A stretch of DNA of 64,000 bases, taken from assembly GCF_008831285.2 (NCBI RefSeq), contig NC_045138.2:39928001-39992000 (forward strand). The letters run 5' to 3'. The translations under genes and the position numbers were made by a program. The notes under the pieces are model-generated. The model worked only from the letters and a program-made list of their open reading frames with translations. It had not been told where the DNA came from and ran no database searches. This document shows positions 25,901 through 39,100 of this stretch, piece by piece. The stretch comes from Nymphaea colorata. Its lineage: Eukaryota. Positions within the stretch are counted from its first letter, which is position 1. Each line of letters starts with the position of its first letter.

Positions 25901-28900
25901 TTCGCTTTGGTGGAAAATGAGAGAAACGTTCATCTAGAGCATTCATTAAGGCAACCAAAATTTCTCAGCGTGCTGTCTAAATGACTGATTAATTAAGATG
26001 TAATTGCATGATAATCAGCTGCAGAACCAAGGCAAATTAGTTGTGAACTTAAAATAGCATCATGTATATCATACATATATATGTGTGTGGATTGCCATCT
26101 ATGTAGATAAAACTGTCACGGAGAATAGTTATCTTTTGTTCCTTGATACATTCAGGGTGAGTCCATGTTGTTGCCTGTTTTGTGTGAAATATAAATGCAC
26201 AAAAGCTATAGATATATTTTCATGTGTGAACACATACATGTCTACATGTACAGATGGCATTCTTTTCTTGTATATTTTTCCCATCGCCATTGAATCTTCC
26301 AGTCATTTTAGTTATTTTTTGACATTGCCACGACTGCAATGGAACAGAGATTTGTCATTCAACAATTTTACAGACATAACCGGTAACGCGACAATTAGTT
26401 GTTCATCCACGAATCTGTAAGGTTTTATTTTCCATTTTCAAGTTACAGAATGCTTATAGTAAAAATATCTCTCTAATAATCACTGCAACATCAATTTTCA
26501 GCAATTTGGTCGAGAGCTTTTCGTCAGTGTTGGAAAACCAGTAAGCTTTTTACTATACTCTGTAACCGAATAATGGTGTTTGTTAGTAACACATTATTAA
26601 CCATTAATAATCCAATCACTTCCAATCGTATTGAAACTTTATGCAACCATTTCCTGCCATGTTCTTTCCATTTCTTAAACTTGGATTTGAATATCTTGAT
26701 GCAGAAGCAATATAACTCCCTGTCTGAGGAAGAACTACCCTTGTGCTGAGAAAAGATGTAAGTTCCTTTTTCCCTTTTTATTCATGCCTTTATGGCTAAT
26801 TATCAAGAAAAAATTCATTTTTTAAACTACCAACAAGGAAAAATAAAAAGACTTCAGCATAAGTTTCAGATACCTTTTCATTCTCCAAATCTGAAAAATA
26901 TGGTCCATTTGCAGTTTCCACTTTGTTCATAGACTGTGGAAGTCCAGCAGCAACTCCCATCGGAGCCATCAATTATGAGGCAGATGGCCAGAGTAAAGGT
27001 GCCGCAACATTATTCGTGAGTCCGAACAATAACTGGGCAATGAGCAGCACAGGGGTATATCTGGATAATGATGATGACAACGATGAGTACATAGAATATT
27101 CCAACAGTTCTCTCCTGTCCATGCCTAATTCAGAACTCTATAAGTCAGCACGTATAGCTGCAACTTCTCTCAAATACTACGGACTGTGTCTTTATGATGG
27201 GAATTACACAGTGAAGCTCCATTTTGCAGAAATAATGATAACAGATGAAAAGAATTTCAGCAGTCTTGGAAGGCGCCTTTTCGATGTGTACATCCAGGTG
27301 AGGTCACGTTCTGCGTCCACAGGGAGAAGTTAAGTAGTTATTCCTGATTCGATCTGAAAACATATTCTTCATAAGTGCAGGGGGAGTTGAAGCTCCAGGA
27401 TTTCAACATAAAAGAAAGTGCCAATGGTTCTTTCAAGGATGTTACTAAAGTATTCCCTAACATCACCGTGACAAGCGGCAGTCTCAGGATCCACTTGTTT
27501 TGGGCCGGGAAGGGTACCACAGTGATTCCAAAAAGAGGAGTTTATGGGCCTTTGATATCTGCCATTACTGTGACTCCTGGTACGGCCGTTTTAGTTTGAT
27601 ATGTAAATATACATAAGTATACTTGATAGAAACATGAAAAATGCAAGGTATAATAACTGGCCCTTAGCTGGTGTTTGAGATTTCTTCGTCCTCTACAGTT
27701 GTATGTGTATATAGTATATGATAGTGTCACTCGGACTGAAGAACAAACTTCACTTGAATTAGGTGCCATATACTGGTTAATGCATTCATTTTTCTAGCTA
27801 GAACATATAGATAACAATAATATACATGTCACAAGTATCCGATATATCAGATGTGAAGCATGTTGGGATACTTGTTTATATGTATATGGAAAGTATACAT
27901 ATGAGTTGATCTTTATGAAACAAATTTGAAGTGCATGCATAAAATAAACTGTAGGAACTGTTTACAATGTCCACGGACAACTGACCATTTCCTTTAACCA
28001 TTTTGGACATGTTTACAGAATTTGAGATTCCCAAGCGACCGGTGGACCGGACTGTTCTTGTAATTGTGGTTGTTGTTGCATCTGCTGCCGTGCTCATCAT
28101 CATACTGCTCGCTGTACTTTATGCTCGCCGCCGGGCCAATCATGGTAAGAGTAGATGAGATTAGCTGACAACATAACTTTGCTTCTCACGCTAAAGAATA
28201 AGAAATTAAACGAGTAGTGAACGTATTTGACGGCTTAGACGCATGGACATAAAATGGGAATCCAGGAGTTTCATCGGTTTATAATCATTAGTTCACATCT
28301 ATGTTTTACTTCATTTGCAGTAAAACATATAGGCGGCCCCTTCACTTTGCGCCAAATAAAAGCTGCCACGCGTAATTTTCATCAGGACAACAAGATCGGG
28401 CAAGGAGGCTTCGGACCAGTTTACAAGGTAGTACGACTCTTGGTCACAAGATGAATGCACTTGAACTTTTTACAAAGTGAAGTTAAGTTTCTGTGGTATA
28501 ATAAAAAGATGTTTAAGTTTTTATTTCCTTCATATAGTAAGCCTGTTTCCGATGTAAGTTAGCTGGGCAGCTAGATAGAAGAAAATCAAGACTTAAGCAA
28601 CTTTTTGTTATTATAGTAACTTCGTATGGTCTCTAAAATCTCGACAAGAAAATCACTAGGTTTGGCAAAAATTTTTGATATTCGTCACTATGGAGCTATG
28701 CAAAACTTGTATCATATATGATCAACCAGGTGCGATCATCATGTGGCATGTTTGGATAGTCAAGCTTCTTATCTTGGCCAATTTCAGGGTTGCCTACCAA
28801 ATGGTACAGTCGTTGCAATTAAGCAGCTCTCAGCCGAATCATATCAAGGAAATCGTGAATATATTACGGAAATAGGTTTGATCTCTGCGCTACAACACCC

Positions 28901-30359
28901 AAATCTGGTGAAACTTTATGGCTGCTGCACTGAAGGAAACCAACTCTTTCTTGTTTACGAGTACATGGAGAACAACTCTCTAGCTCATGTCTTGTTCAGT
29001 AAGCTTAATCAACGCTTGATTCTTGTTGCAAATATTATTCTTCTCTTTTTTTCGTTAGCATCTTGATGGCATGCCCTTCTGTGCAAAACAAAAACAGGAG
29101 ATGGTCCAAAATTGGATTGGAATACGCGCCGAAGAATTTGCATCGGAGTGGCCAAGGGTCTGGCGCATCTCCATGGAGGAACTAGATTGAATATTGTTCA
29201 TCGAGACATAAAGCCCACAAATATTCTGCTGGACAAGGATCTCAATGCCAAAATATCTGACTTTGGATTGGCGAAACTGGTTGAGGCTGACCGCAGAAGC
29301 AGAACGCCTGAAGTAGAAGAGAACAATGACCGCAGTACCCAGCAGGATGGAGATGAGATCAGTGTGAGCAACACCCAACTTGATGAAGATGGGAGTGGTG
29401 AGGATGGAATCGAAAGCAGCACCACCCTTCCTGATCAAGTCGAGCATTCCTACAACCAGAGAACCCGCATAGTTGGAACCGAGTAAGTTTCTCTTTTAGT
29501 TGGAGAGTAAGAATTGATAAGTTTATACAGGTCATTTTACCATCTTTGTTACTACACAAATGAAAATTACTGCACTTTCGTTTCAGAGCAATACAGGTCT
29601 TTCTACTTTATGTCAATGTTCTTAAAAGTTCCTGAACATGCATTTCTTTTCAGGGGTTATATAGCACCTGAATATAAGAGGAGCGGTCGCTTGTCTTGCA
29701 AAGCAGATGTCTACAGCTTCGGCATTGTCGTCCTCGAAGTAGTGAGCGGCAAGAGCCACAGAAGCTGGCACAGTGAAAAGTGCCTCCCCATGCTTGATTG
29801 GGTATCTCCTCTACCACAGCCTCTTAAAATTATACCCTTTTACAGGTAATAACTTTCTGTTCTTCCACAGGCACTTGTTCTTCAAAAGAATGGAAGACTT
29901 CTGGAACTTGTGGATCCAGAGCTGGGTGCAGATTTCTCTGAGGAGGAGGCCTATGTCCTTCTTGATGTGGCCCTGAGATGCATCGATAAGTCTCCCTCAC
30001 AGAGGCCTGACATGTGCACAGTGGTGGGCATGATGGAGAACCAAACTCCCATGAAACCTCAGCCTGTATCTTGCAAGGAGAAGAAGACAGTACCCTCTGA
30101 AGTTGAAATTGAGTACAGCCAGTCCCAGTATAGCTGGGTTCGGGACGAAAGCCAGGATGGACCATGGACTGCTTCCATGTCAGGCACCAGTATGGACTAC
30201 ACAGACAGTGGTGTTAATCCTACATTGCGGGAGGACTCTCATCCTGTGGATATTGAATCCGGCCGCCGCCGCCGCCGATATACCAAGAACCAGAGGACCA
30301 AGTCCGTCGAACATCGTCCGTCGTGGTCTTCATGCTATTCTGGTGGCACCAAGAAGTAA
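22048..30359 (+). CDS. LRR-malectin receptor-like Ser/Thr kinase, copy 1 (LRR-VIII-2 type), 24 exons, with an expanded activation segment
   Basis: Signal-peptide exon 22048-22147 ([23 protein letters not shown]...LPPSE). About 11 phase-2 LRR exons of 66-72 nt ([37 protein letters not shown]). Malectin (FIDCGS...[20 protein letters not shown]...[12 protein letters not shown]...YGPLISAI). TM at ~28050-28125. RD kinase (GQGGFG, VAIK, HRDIK, DFG, APEY). The frame is open through all exons I traced. Confidence 0.93.
23341..23441 (+). repeat. Near-perfect 49-bp tandem duplication in RLK1 intron 4
   Basis: CATTAATGTATATCTTGGTAAGTATATCGACAAAA.ATG.AATTAGTTT occurs twice. Confidence 0.9.
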
Positions 30360-32367
30360 CCAAGATCAGGTGATAAGTAAAGGACATGCCACGTTGCAGG
30401 CTTGTGGTATAGATTCACGTGTTTTTGTAGGTTAGCCTGCAATTGCTACGTATTGATGTTTACACTCTGATGATTTCTATGCATTTCTCTTGTGTCTTTT
30501 GTCTGATTATTATTTTGAAGCTCTGACTTCATGTAAACCATGTGATGCAACAATGCTGCAAAACACAAGTTGTGCTCACAGATGTCAATGCAATATTTAC
30601 TTTCGAAGTTGATGGGCATGAAATATCGTCTTGTTCCACCTTTCTTAGAATTTTGATTTACCAAATTGATGTCGTCTGGATATGAAATATCGTCTTTGAA
30701 AGGAAAAAGTATCCGTTAGTTTCAAGAACGAAAGGATCATGACTTGCAGAAGGTATAAAACCAGATTTATAAAAGGAAAACAATTCCCAGAGGGCATTGG
30801 GCAAGAGAACAACAGAGGATTTATTTTCTTGACAAGTAGGGATTGAGGATAAATTATTGGAAAAAGTAATACTTGTTTATAAAATGATATTGCTTGAATA
30901 AATAAGTTTCAGTAAATTGTCGATCATCGCCCCCTAGAACTTCGGTTCATGTGTACATAGAGTTGAATCTTCTTAAATAGATTTGAACGATCTGAATTAT
31001 CAAAACTCAAAACTTCCTCCAAATTCATCCCCAAATTATAAGAAAGTACTGATTTTCATATTTAAATAACAATTGACAATCTTGAAGCTTGCCAGAGGAT
31101 TTAGTCTGATCATATAATAAATTAAGTACAAAATTGGTTCTTATATGTGTGTGTGTGTGCACGCGCTTATAAACTACTGCCAGAGTACTTTTATAAAAGA
31201 TGATAGTCCGAGCTCTTGTGCCTTTTTCTCATAGAATTTTCAGTTATTAGAATATTAAAAATTAATAAAACTATCAAAGTCAAGATGCAAAGGAATTGGG
31301 CAACGACAGGGATCGGGTTTCAATCTCAATCCAAACATGAATACTTAACATTTGATTTTGGACTTAAATTGGATTTCAATAAGACTAGATTCTGTAGAAT
31401 TGGATTCAAATCCAAATTTTTTATCATGGTACCGTAAGTATTATTCAACCGCTGCATTGTTAAAAGCATTTTCTGTTTCATTTAAAAGTTTGTCACGAAT
31501 CAAACATTAATTCAGGCACAAACAAGATCCAACCTCAAATGTCAATCCAATTCGTAGCTACTGTTACTCAACCAATCAATATTGTGAAACAGACTCTAGT
31601 GATCTCAGACACCTCGGATCTGAGATCAGAAGTGAAACAAACACAGAGTCACACACACACAGTCTCTCTCTGATGCTAACTTTTCTCTGCAATCTCTCTC
31701 TTATTCTATAGTAATAGATCAATTGTCATTGGCCATGCCTTTAGTAGCATTGGTTTTCTCTCTCTTCTTGTCCTCAAATTTTGGTATAGATTCCCATTTT
31801 ATCGGGCCAACCATGTTTTTTCAAAAGGTTTAGACTAACATTTTTTAATATTTTAATATGAAAAAGATTTGTTTGTCAAAACCAGCTCTCTCGTCAAGCC
31901 CGGCTCTATTCGCTAACTTAAACAAGCAGGATATGCGTTGCTAAGTTCTGCTTGACCGTAGATTATATATACATATTGTTTATCCGTACTTTTATTTATG
32001 CATTTATGCGTCTGATTAAGATAAATAAAGTTCAGTTTTACACGTTACATGTGACAAAGATGACGCATCATACAGTACATGCAAACATGATAAATTATGA
32101 AGCAGTTTTTATGTTCGGCATACCAATACAGTAGTTTTTGTCCCATTTTTTTGTGCTTTGGATCTTTATTTGTGTCCAAAGTCTAGATCATATGTGATTT
32201 GACCTAAGAGATGTAAATCTCATTTAACTGGATCTAGATGTATAATCAATCCCTTTCTCCATTAAAGGGAATTGGAGCTCCGGTTTGGCTCCCAGTTTAC
32301 AGCTTGAAGAAGAGGACCAGCTCGGCTGGTTCGGCTTGTTTGCCAGCTCTAGTACTTGTTGGAATTG

Positions 32368-32776
32368 GTGTCAATGGATAGGAATCAAATCAAATACACC
32401 TTTAATGTTTATATTTACTTTTTTAGATATTGACATGTTCATATGCAAAACCTGACCCCCAAAGACAAATGAAAAAAGTCATATATCAATCCGAACCCAA
32501 AATCAGATTCCACAATCTCAATCTGATCTACATCTGACTTTTACATTCATAGCTTAATTTTGAATTGAATTTCGCTGGGTTTTAAATGTGAAGACATTTG
32601 TATAAGATATTTGTTTAAATCCAATCCAATTCCGATCTGAGTCTAAATTTGATCGATATTTGTGAAATCCAAATATGATTGCAATTTAATTCAATTTCAT
32701 TTAATCGGATGTTAATTTTTTTTTATATCCAATCAAATAAAATAAAATGATTGAGATAGAATATATTGACATCCGT
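32368..32776. mobile_element. Degenerate hAT-like relic upstream of RLK2, with a counterpart at 49243-49650 upstream of RLK3
   Basis: Begins GTGTCA.T.GAT.GGA.TCA and ends ATATATTGACAT.CC in both copies; ATCC-rich interior. Confidence 0.6.
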
Positions 32777-33128
32777 ACTTGGGACCTGTGATGGACCGGC
32801 ACCACTCACAGAGTTGACAATCGTGAGCTCTCAGTTGACAATCGTGAGCTTCCTCTTCGCTTCCCGTGGTCCACTGCATTCAAGAAGACTTAATTATTTG
32901 ATTTAAAAACAAGTAAGTTGCTCGCATATCCTCCTCCATCGTCTTCCTGTTTCCAAATAAATTACATGGTTTCATGGCGGTTGCTGCGGCTTCCATGAAG
33001 GTCTTCCATGGAGCATTTACGTTAACGCCGGTCATGGTTTGCCAAGCATGAGCCGCTGAGAAGCGGGCGCAAGGTGGATGAGAGAAGTAGCGGCGGCGGA
33101 GGCGGCGGCGATGATGACGAAGAAGACG

Positions 33129-36100
33129 ATGAAGAGGAACGCCAGGCCTGTGATTGTCCTTCTCTGCTTCTTCTTCCTCTTCTTGTGCCCTTCTTCCTGT
33201 CAAACGCCAACCAAGTTGCCGCCGGGCGAGGGTACGCGACTTTGCTTCTTCTTCTCTTTTTCACGTTGGCGCGTTCGGAACCCTTTGAATTGCCTCGTCG
33301 TGAAACACGGATGATTAGTAATTTCATAAGTGAAATGCGAGCGACAGTTATTGCAAAGGACTGGTGTTAAATGTCGATGCTCCAAAAAAGGTTCACTCCA
33401 AAGCAAAACGAAGGATTTCATTCATCTTAGATGAATAGATTTAAAAGAAAAGATAGATGATGATGAAGATGACGATGTCATTAGGCGATAGCTACTTGCA
33501 TGATTTTGTCAATTTTACATCTCCCATTTTATTCAGAACTTATTGGCTTTATTGAATAATCTTTATTCATGACTAAGAAAATATAGGAAAATTTTGTTTT
33601 CCGTGACAAATTTAGTTGTTATAAATTGAGAGCATTGTAAAGATTATAGCTGACATCCTTAATCCAGGTTTGTTTTGAACTACGAATACTCTTCCATAAC
33701 GTTTAAATGGGCTTTTCCTAGATGAACTAGCATGTAACATAGCTGATCAGACTTGTTTCATCTAAAGTTTCCTTCGTTTTGAAGTTTATTCATTCGTTGA
33801 CTTTATCTTTAGCGCATATATATATATAGCGCTCATGATTGAGAGTTGCAATCTAAGTAAAGTTCGCTTAAGATTTTATTTTATTGTCTAGTGGTGGTTC
33901 AAGCTGCTTGACGCGTACTGGATTTATTTGTTAATTCAAATTAATATAGAGTTTAGCATACCAACATTCAAGCTGTGTCCAAACAAGATCTGATGGAGTG
34001 CGGTTGGATCCAGATCTATGATGGTGTGCGGTTGGATCCAGACCTGGAGCGTAGTGCGTGTGTGTATATCCTAGCTTGTAGCACCCCAAGCGTTTAATCT
34101 TATATCTAAAATTGTGAACAATTTTGGTGGGTTTATAAAAGAAATTGTTAAGCAATTGGTTGTTTTGGTTCCTCACCTTTTTTGGGACGGTAACCAAAGT
34201 TGGTAAGAATAATTTGAGATCTACCATATCAAGAGCCTATTAATTTGGTGGTCCATCTAAAAGGATTAAGTTTTCTGAATGGTAACATGCAAATGTTTGA
34301 GCATGTTTAAAATAGAGGAAAAACTTTTACACAGCAAAAAAAAAACATTCATCTTAGTTCTGTTATCGAGTAAAATGTTTTCCCATAAGAACGTTTCACT
34401 GTCATCCCAATTACTTTGATTTCAAACATGGGTGAAGTTTTTCTTACCATAGCTGGGATTTTTTTCACCTCATTTCACCTGGAAAGGATTCGGCCGGGGC
34501 AAAAACTTGGAGGTGAAATTTTCAGCTCTGCAGTAAAAAGACATCTCGACGGGCTAAATTATCACTCTTTACGAAGCTTTTCTTCCTTGTTTTGAAATTG
34601 CGTACTCTTAATCGTTGGTGAAATTATGGAAGCAGTGGCTGCGCTGCAGCAGATAGGGAAGATCCTGGGGAAGACGGACTGGGACTTCAGTGTCGACCCA
34701 TGCAGCGGTAAGTCGGGATGGACGACCCTCCGGCCTCAGAAGGGATTCGAGAATGAGGTCGGCTGCGATTGCAACAATACCGTCTGTCACGTCACCAGAA
34801 TGTACGTACAACTCTTTCTCGCTTTTTCTCACACGTTACCTAAAAGTTTTGCACTTTTTACTTTCCTGTTCTTCGCCGGTAACAATTACAATACTGGCTT
34901 TAAAGGGCATAGCATCATTGGTTGGTTAGATAGGTGAGCACGTAAAAGGAACATTGTAGTTTGATTTATGTGAATGTTATTTTATTGTATTATATTATAG
35001 ATGAAGTGATTGTGGCACTTTAATTTAATTTATGTGTGTTTACTTATGTCCTAACTTTAGATATGTCAACATATTCGATTTGGATCGCCTATCAAAATGA
35101 ATTGTTTCGAAAAAATGGGATATGAAAAGACAATTAATATTTGATTAAGAAATTATATCAAATTAATATTTGATTAAGAAATTATATCGATGAGATTCAG
35201 ATTTGGATCCTGATACATATAAGTATCTGACCGAATTTGGAGATAGATTAAAATTGAATTAAACAAATAACTTATATTAAGTGCTCTCGTATGTTGAAAA
35301 TTGGTCAAATTTGGTTCAAAATTCGGATTTGGATATGAATGTAAAATTCAAATTCACAAGAAATTGGATTTCTTATTCAGATTTTATTTTTTTCGTACTC
35401 AAATTCAATTTAATATTTGAAAAGACATACAATTAAGAATATATCCGATTCAAATCCAGAAGCGAATTTAGGATGTTGAGGAGGGGAAGGGTGGTGTTGA
35501 GACTATTTTTATTTGTTTAAGGATGAAGGTTGTAGACATTGTGCTCACCTCAGTAATACTTGCAATACAGATTCCTGAAAACTCAAGGCCTAACTGGGAC
35601 GCTACCGAAAGATCTATCGGGACTTCCATTTCTTGAACAATTGTAACGTATCCCATTACCATCTGATCCTTCCAATCTTCGGTGCATTTATGATTCACAA
35701 GAACTTCAATTGCAAATTCATTGTTCTGCTCTAAATATTAGGGATCTTACTCGGAACTACCTCTCTGGACCAATACCACCAGAATGGGGCTCACTCCGGC
35801 TCGTTAACGTGTAAGTGAATCTTGAGCAACCACGCACCGTCATTTCTTAATCTTTGTCGAACTGCTTTTCACTTTAGTTAGAAATTTGTTTTGAAAATTT
35901 AACACCTAAAATTTATTGACGTTACTCAGCATTATATATACATGTATATAATCCTCCTCATTTTGTTTTCCTGAATCACTATAGGTCACTCATGTCCAAT
36001 CGCCTCTCAGGGCCCATCCCAGAAGAACTTGGAAACATGATCTCTCTAAAGAATATGTAAGATTGAAATTTTACTCCCAATGTCTGTAGTTGTGCTTGTA

Positions 36101-39100
36101 TCATATGCATCCATTGCTGCTTTTGACTTTGTCCAAATGGAACAGAACGATTGAAAATAACCAGTTCTCCGGACAACTCCCACCACATATTGGAAATTTG
36201 ACAAATTTAATCAGATTGTAAGTTTACTATCCTGTCGCCTGTTTACTTATACTTGGTCTGTTTCTGGTATAAGATTACTAATGTTCGTGACATTTGATCT
36301 GAACGTAGGATAATCTCATCAAATAATTTTACAGGAGAGCTACCGGCAACATTGGCAAGGCTCAAAAACATGACAGATTTGTAAGAAGTCGCTTTATTTT
36401 TCAGTCCTATTGCTTTTGACGAGGACAGACCTGAGCTCATTTCGACAAAAGACCTACACCCGTGACCCGAGTTCCATAGCTTTGCGTTCGCTACCACTCC
36501 GCGTTAAGAACACCATTTGAAAATATGATTTTCTGCATCTTTGAGGGCATTGACGGATTCCACTGTAAAACATTCTCATAAAATCCACTATGCGCTTTTC
36601 AATTTCTCCACTTTAGAAGTCAAAATTAACATGCCAAGCATGGTTATTTATTCGAGGTCAGATGATCTTTCAATTTAGTTAGTCCCAAGCATGTATACCT
36701 CCCTGCAAAAGAGCCATGTATGAATTCAACTGTATATATAAAACTAACTAAATCTCTTTCACCTATCATGCCGTAGGATATATAAAGCTAATTAAATCTC
36801 TTTAATCATTCATGCCGTAGGATATATAAAACTAATTAAATATCTTTCATATGCAGTCGGATAAGTGACAATGGTTTTTCCGGAAAACTACCTGATTATA
36901 TTGGGAACTGGATTCAACTGAATAAATTGTAAGTGTTACTGCTATCTTATTTCATGGTGAGTTATAAGTCCTCTTTAGAATGTGATGGGTTTGTTCTTTG
37001 TCATAAGAATGATCCAAGGAACAGATCTCGAGGGCCCTATTCCTCCCCTTGGTTCACTAAAGGGCCTTACATTCTTGTAAGTATTTTCCTTCTCTTTTTT
37101 AAAGTCCAAAAGACTAGATTGGAGTTAGACATCACTATGAGAACGATTTTGTGCTCCATCTGAATGCAGAATGATTAGTGATATAAAAGGAACAGGTTCC
37201 AACTTCCCTGAGTTGAGCCAAATGAGTTTGGTCAGACTGTAAGTAACCATCTCTTTCCTTTTGTTATGTGTAAACATGATGCTTTCGAGGAAGGTGTATG
37301 TAAAGCTTGGGAGTTCCTTCCAAATAAAACGATTAATCTTGTCTTTTTGCTTTAGGATACTAAGAAATTCAAATATCTCTGGTGAAATCCCAGATTATCT
37401 TGGTGATATGGGAAGTCTGGAAATCATGTAAGTTGTATATTATCATTGAATAACATCAACGAAAAGAAATGTTAAAGCTTATATGCTTTGGTACTAGCTA
37501 AGACTAGTTCATACATGGTTACTACCCTTTTCTTTTACGGCAGAGATCTAAGCTTTAATCACCTGTCTGGTACTGTTCCAACTTCATTAATAAATCACAA
37601 AACCTTACGTAACATGTGAGTATCATTATCAAAGTTCATTGCAATAAAGTTTGCATAAAGTTCTATATATAGGCCATTATGTGTATACATGTCAATGTGA
37701 ATACTACATTCTGTTTTCTAGGTTCTTAACAAGCAATCAACTAAATGGCCCCTTCCCTGAATGGATCTTCAAGACGCAGTTCAAAACGTACGTTGCTCTT
37801 GCTCTTCAATACTTTCAGTTTTATTTTGGGAATGCTATTTTCACCTTTTTTTCACCTACTTTTTTCTCTTTTCGCTTCATTTTCTTCTCAAACCGTGGTT
37901 TATCTTAAGATTGGTGGAACTTAATCGAAAGAAAAGGCCTGAAAAACCAGCTGTTCTAAAATTATATTGACTGATTGACTCGAGGAGATGAACTCATATT
38001 CCTTCTTTGGCTGTTTTTCTCCAATAAAGTAACACGTTGAAGCTGCTCCTGCAGGATGACATCATCAACCTTAATGCCCCTCAATATTTACATCTTTTTA
38101 TCTTGTAAAATTTGACTTTGCTATTCCATTTTGACTTATAAGTTATTGACCTTTGAACAGAGATTTGTCGGTCAACAGTTTCACATCAACAGCTTCTGAA
38201 GGGTCGTCTTCCTGCCAAGTGCAAAATGCGTATGGACTTTTCTCTTTCTTTTTTGGGAATAGAGGTGGTCTGGTCCTGCTGGAGCACTAATTCAAATATA
38301 TTTCTCCATTGATTGCTTTTCTTTCAATTTTTAGCAACTTGGTTGAAAGCTATTCACCAGCAACCGTGAACAGGTAAGCTCTTCCAGCTACTCTGACATT
38401 GCGTGTTGGGATTTTTACAACCTAATCTACTGTCAATCGCATTGATGTACATGAAAAATTAACCTAATAGATTCTTAATTTTTCTTTAAAAAAACTGAAA
38501 TTCATGCAGCAAAGAAATATGTTCTTACTGGATTAATAACTTCACTTGCTCCGGAAAAAGAAAATGTAAGAAATATTTGGTACTTTTTCCTTTCTCATAA
38601 ATTTCTAGCAAAAATAGTTTTATGAAGCTTATTTAACATATTACATCGTTTTGATGTATTCATCGCAGATTCATCGTTTCATATAGACTGTGGAAGTAAG
38701 TCTCCCACCACCTTTGAAGGCACAACCTTTGAAAAAGATGGAGTAGTTGGTACTGCAACATTCTTTGCGAGTGAGAGTGAAGCATGGGCAATGAGCAGCA
38801 CGGGTGCATACTTGGATAATGCTGATGTAGCTGATGATTTCACAGCTACCAACTCTTCGATTCTATCTATTCCTGATGCAGCAATCTATACCACAGCACG
38901 CCATTCTCCAATCTCCTTCAAATACTACGGACTCTGTCTCTGGGATGGACCTTATACAGTAACACTCTATTTTGCAGAAATAATGTTTACGGATGACAAA
39001 AACTTTAGCAGCCTTGGCAAGCGTGTTTTTGACGTATATATACAGGTGAATTTTCACAAGCGTGGAAGGAGCTTGCAAAAACGTTTTGCTGCTTATTCTA

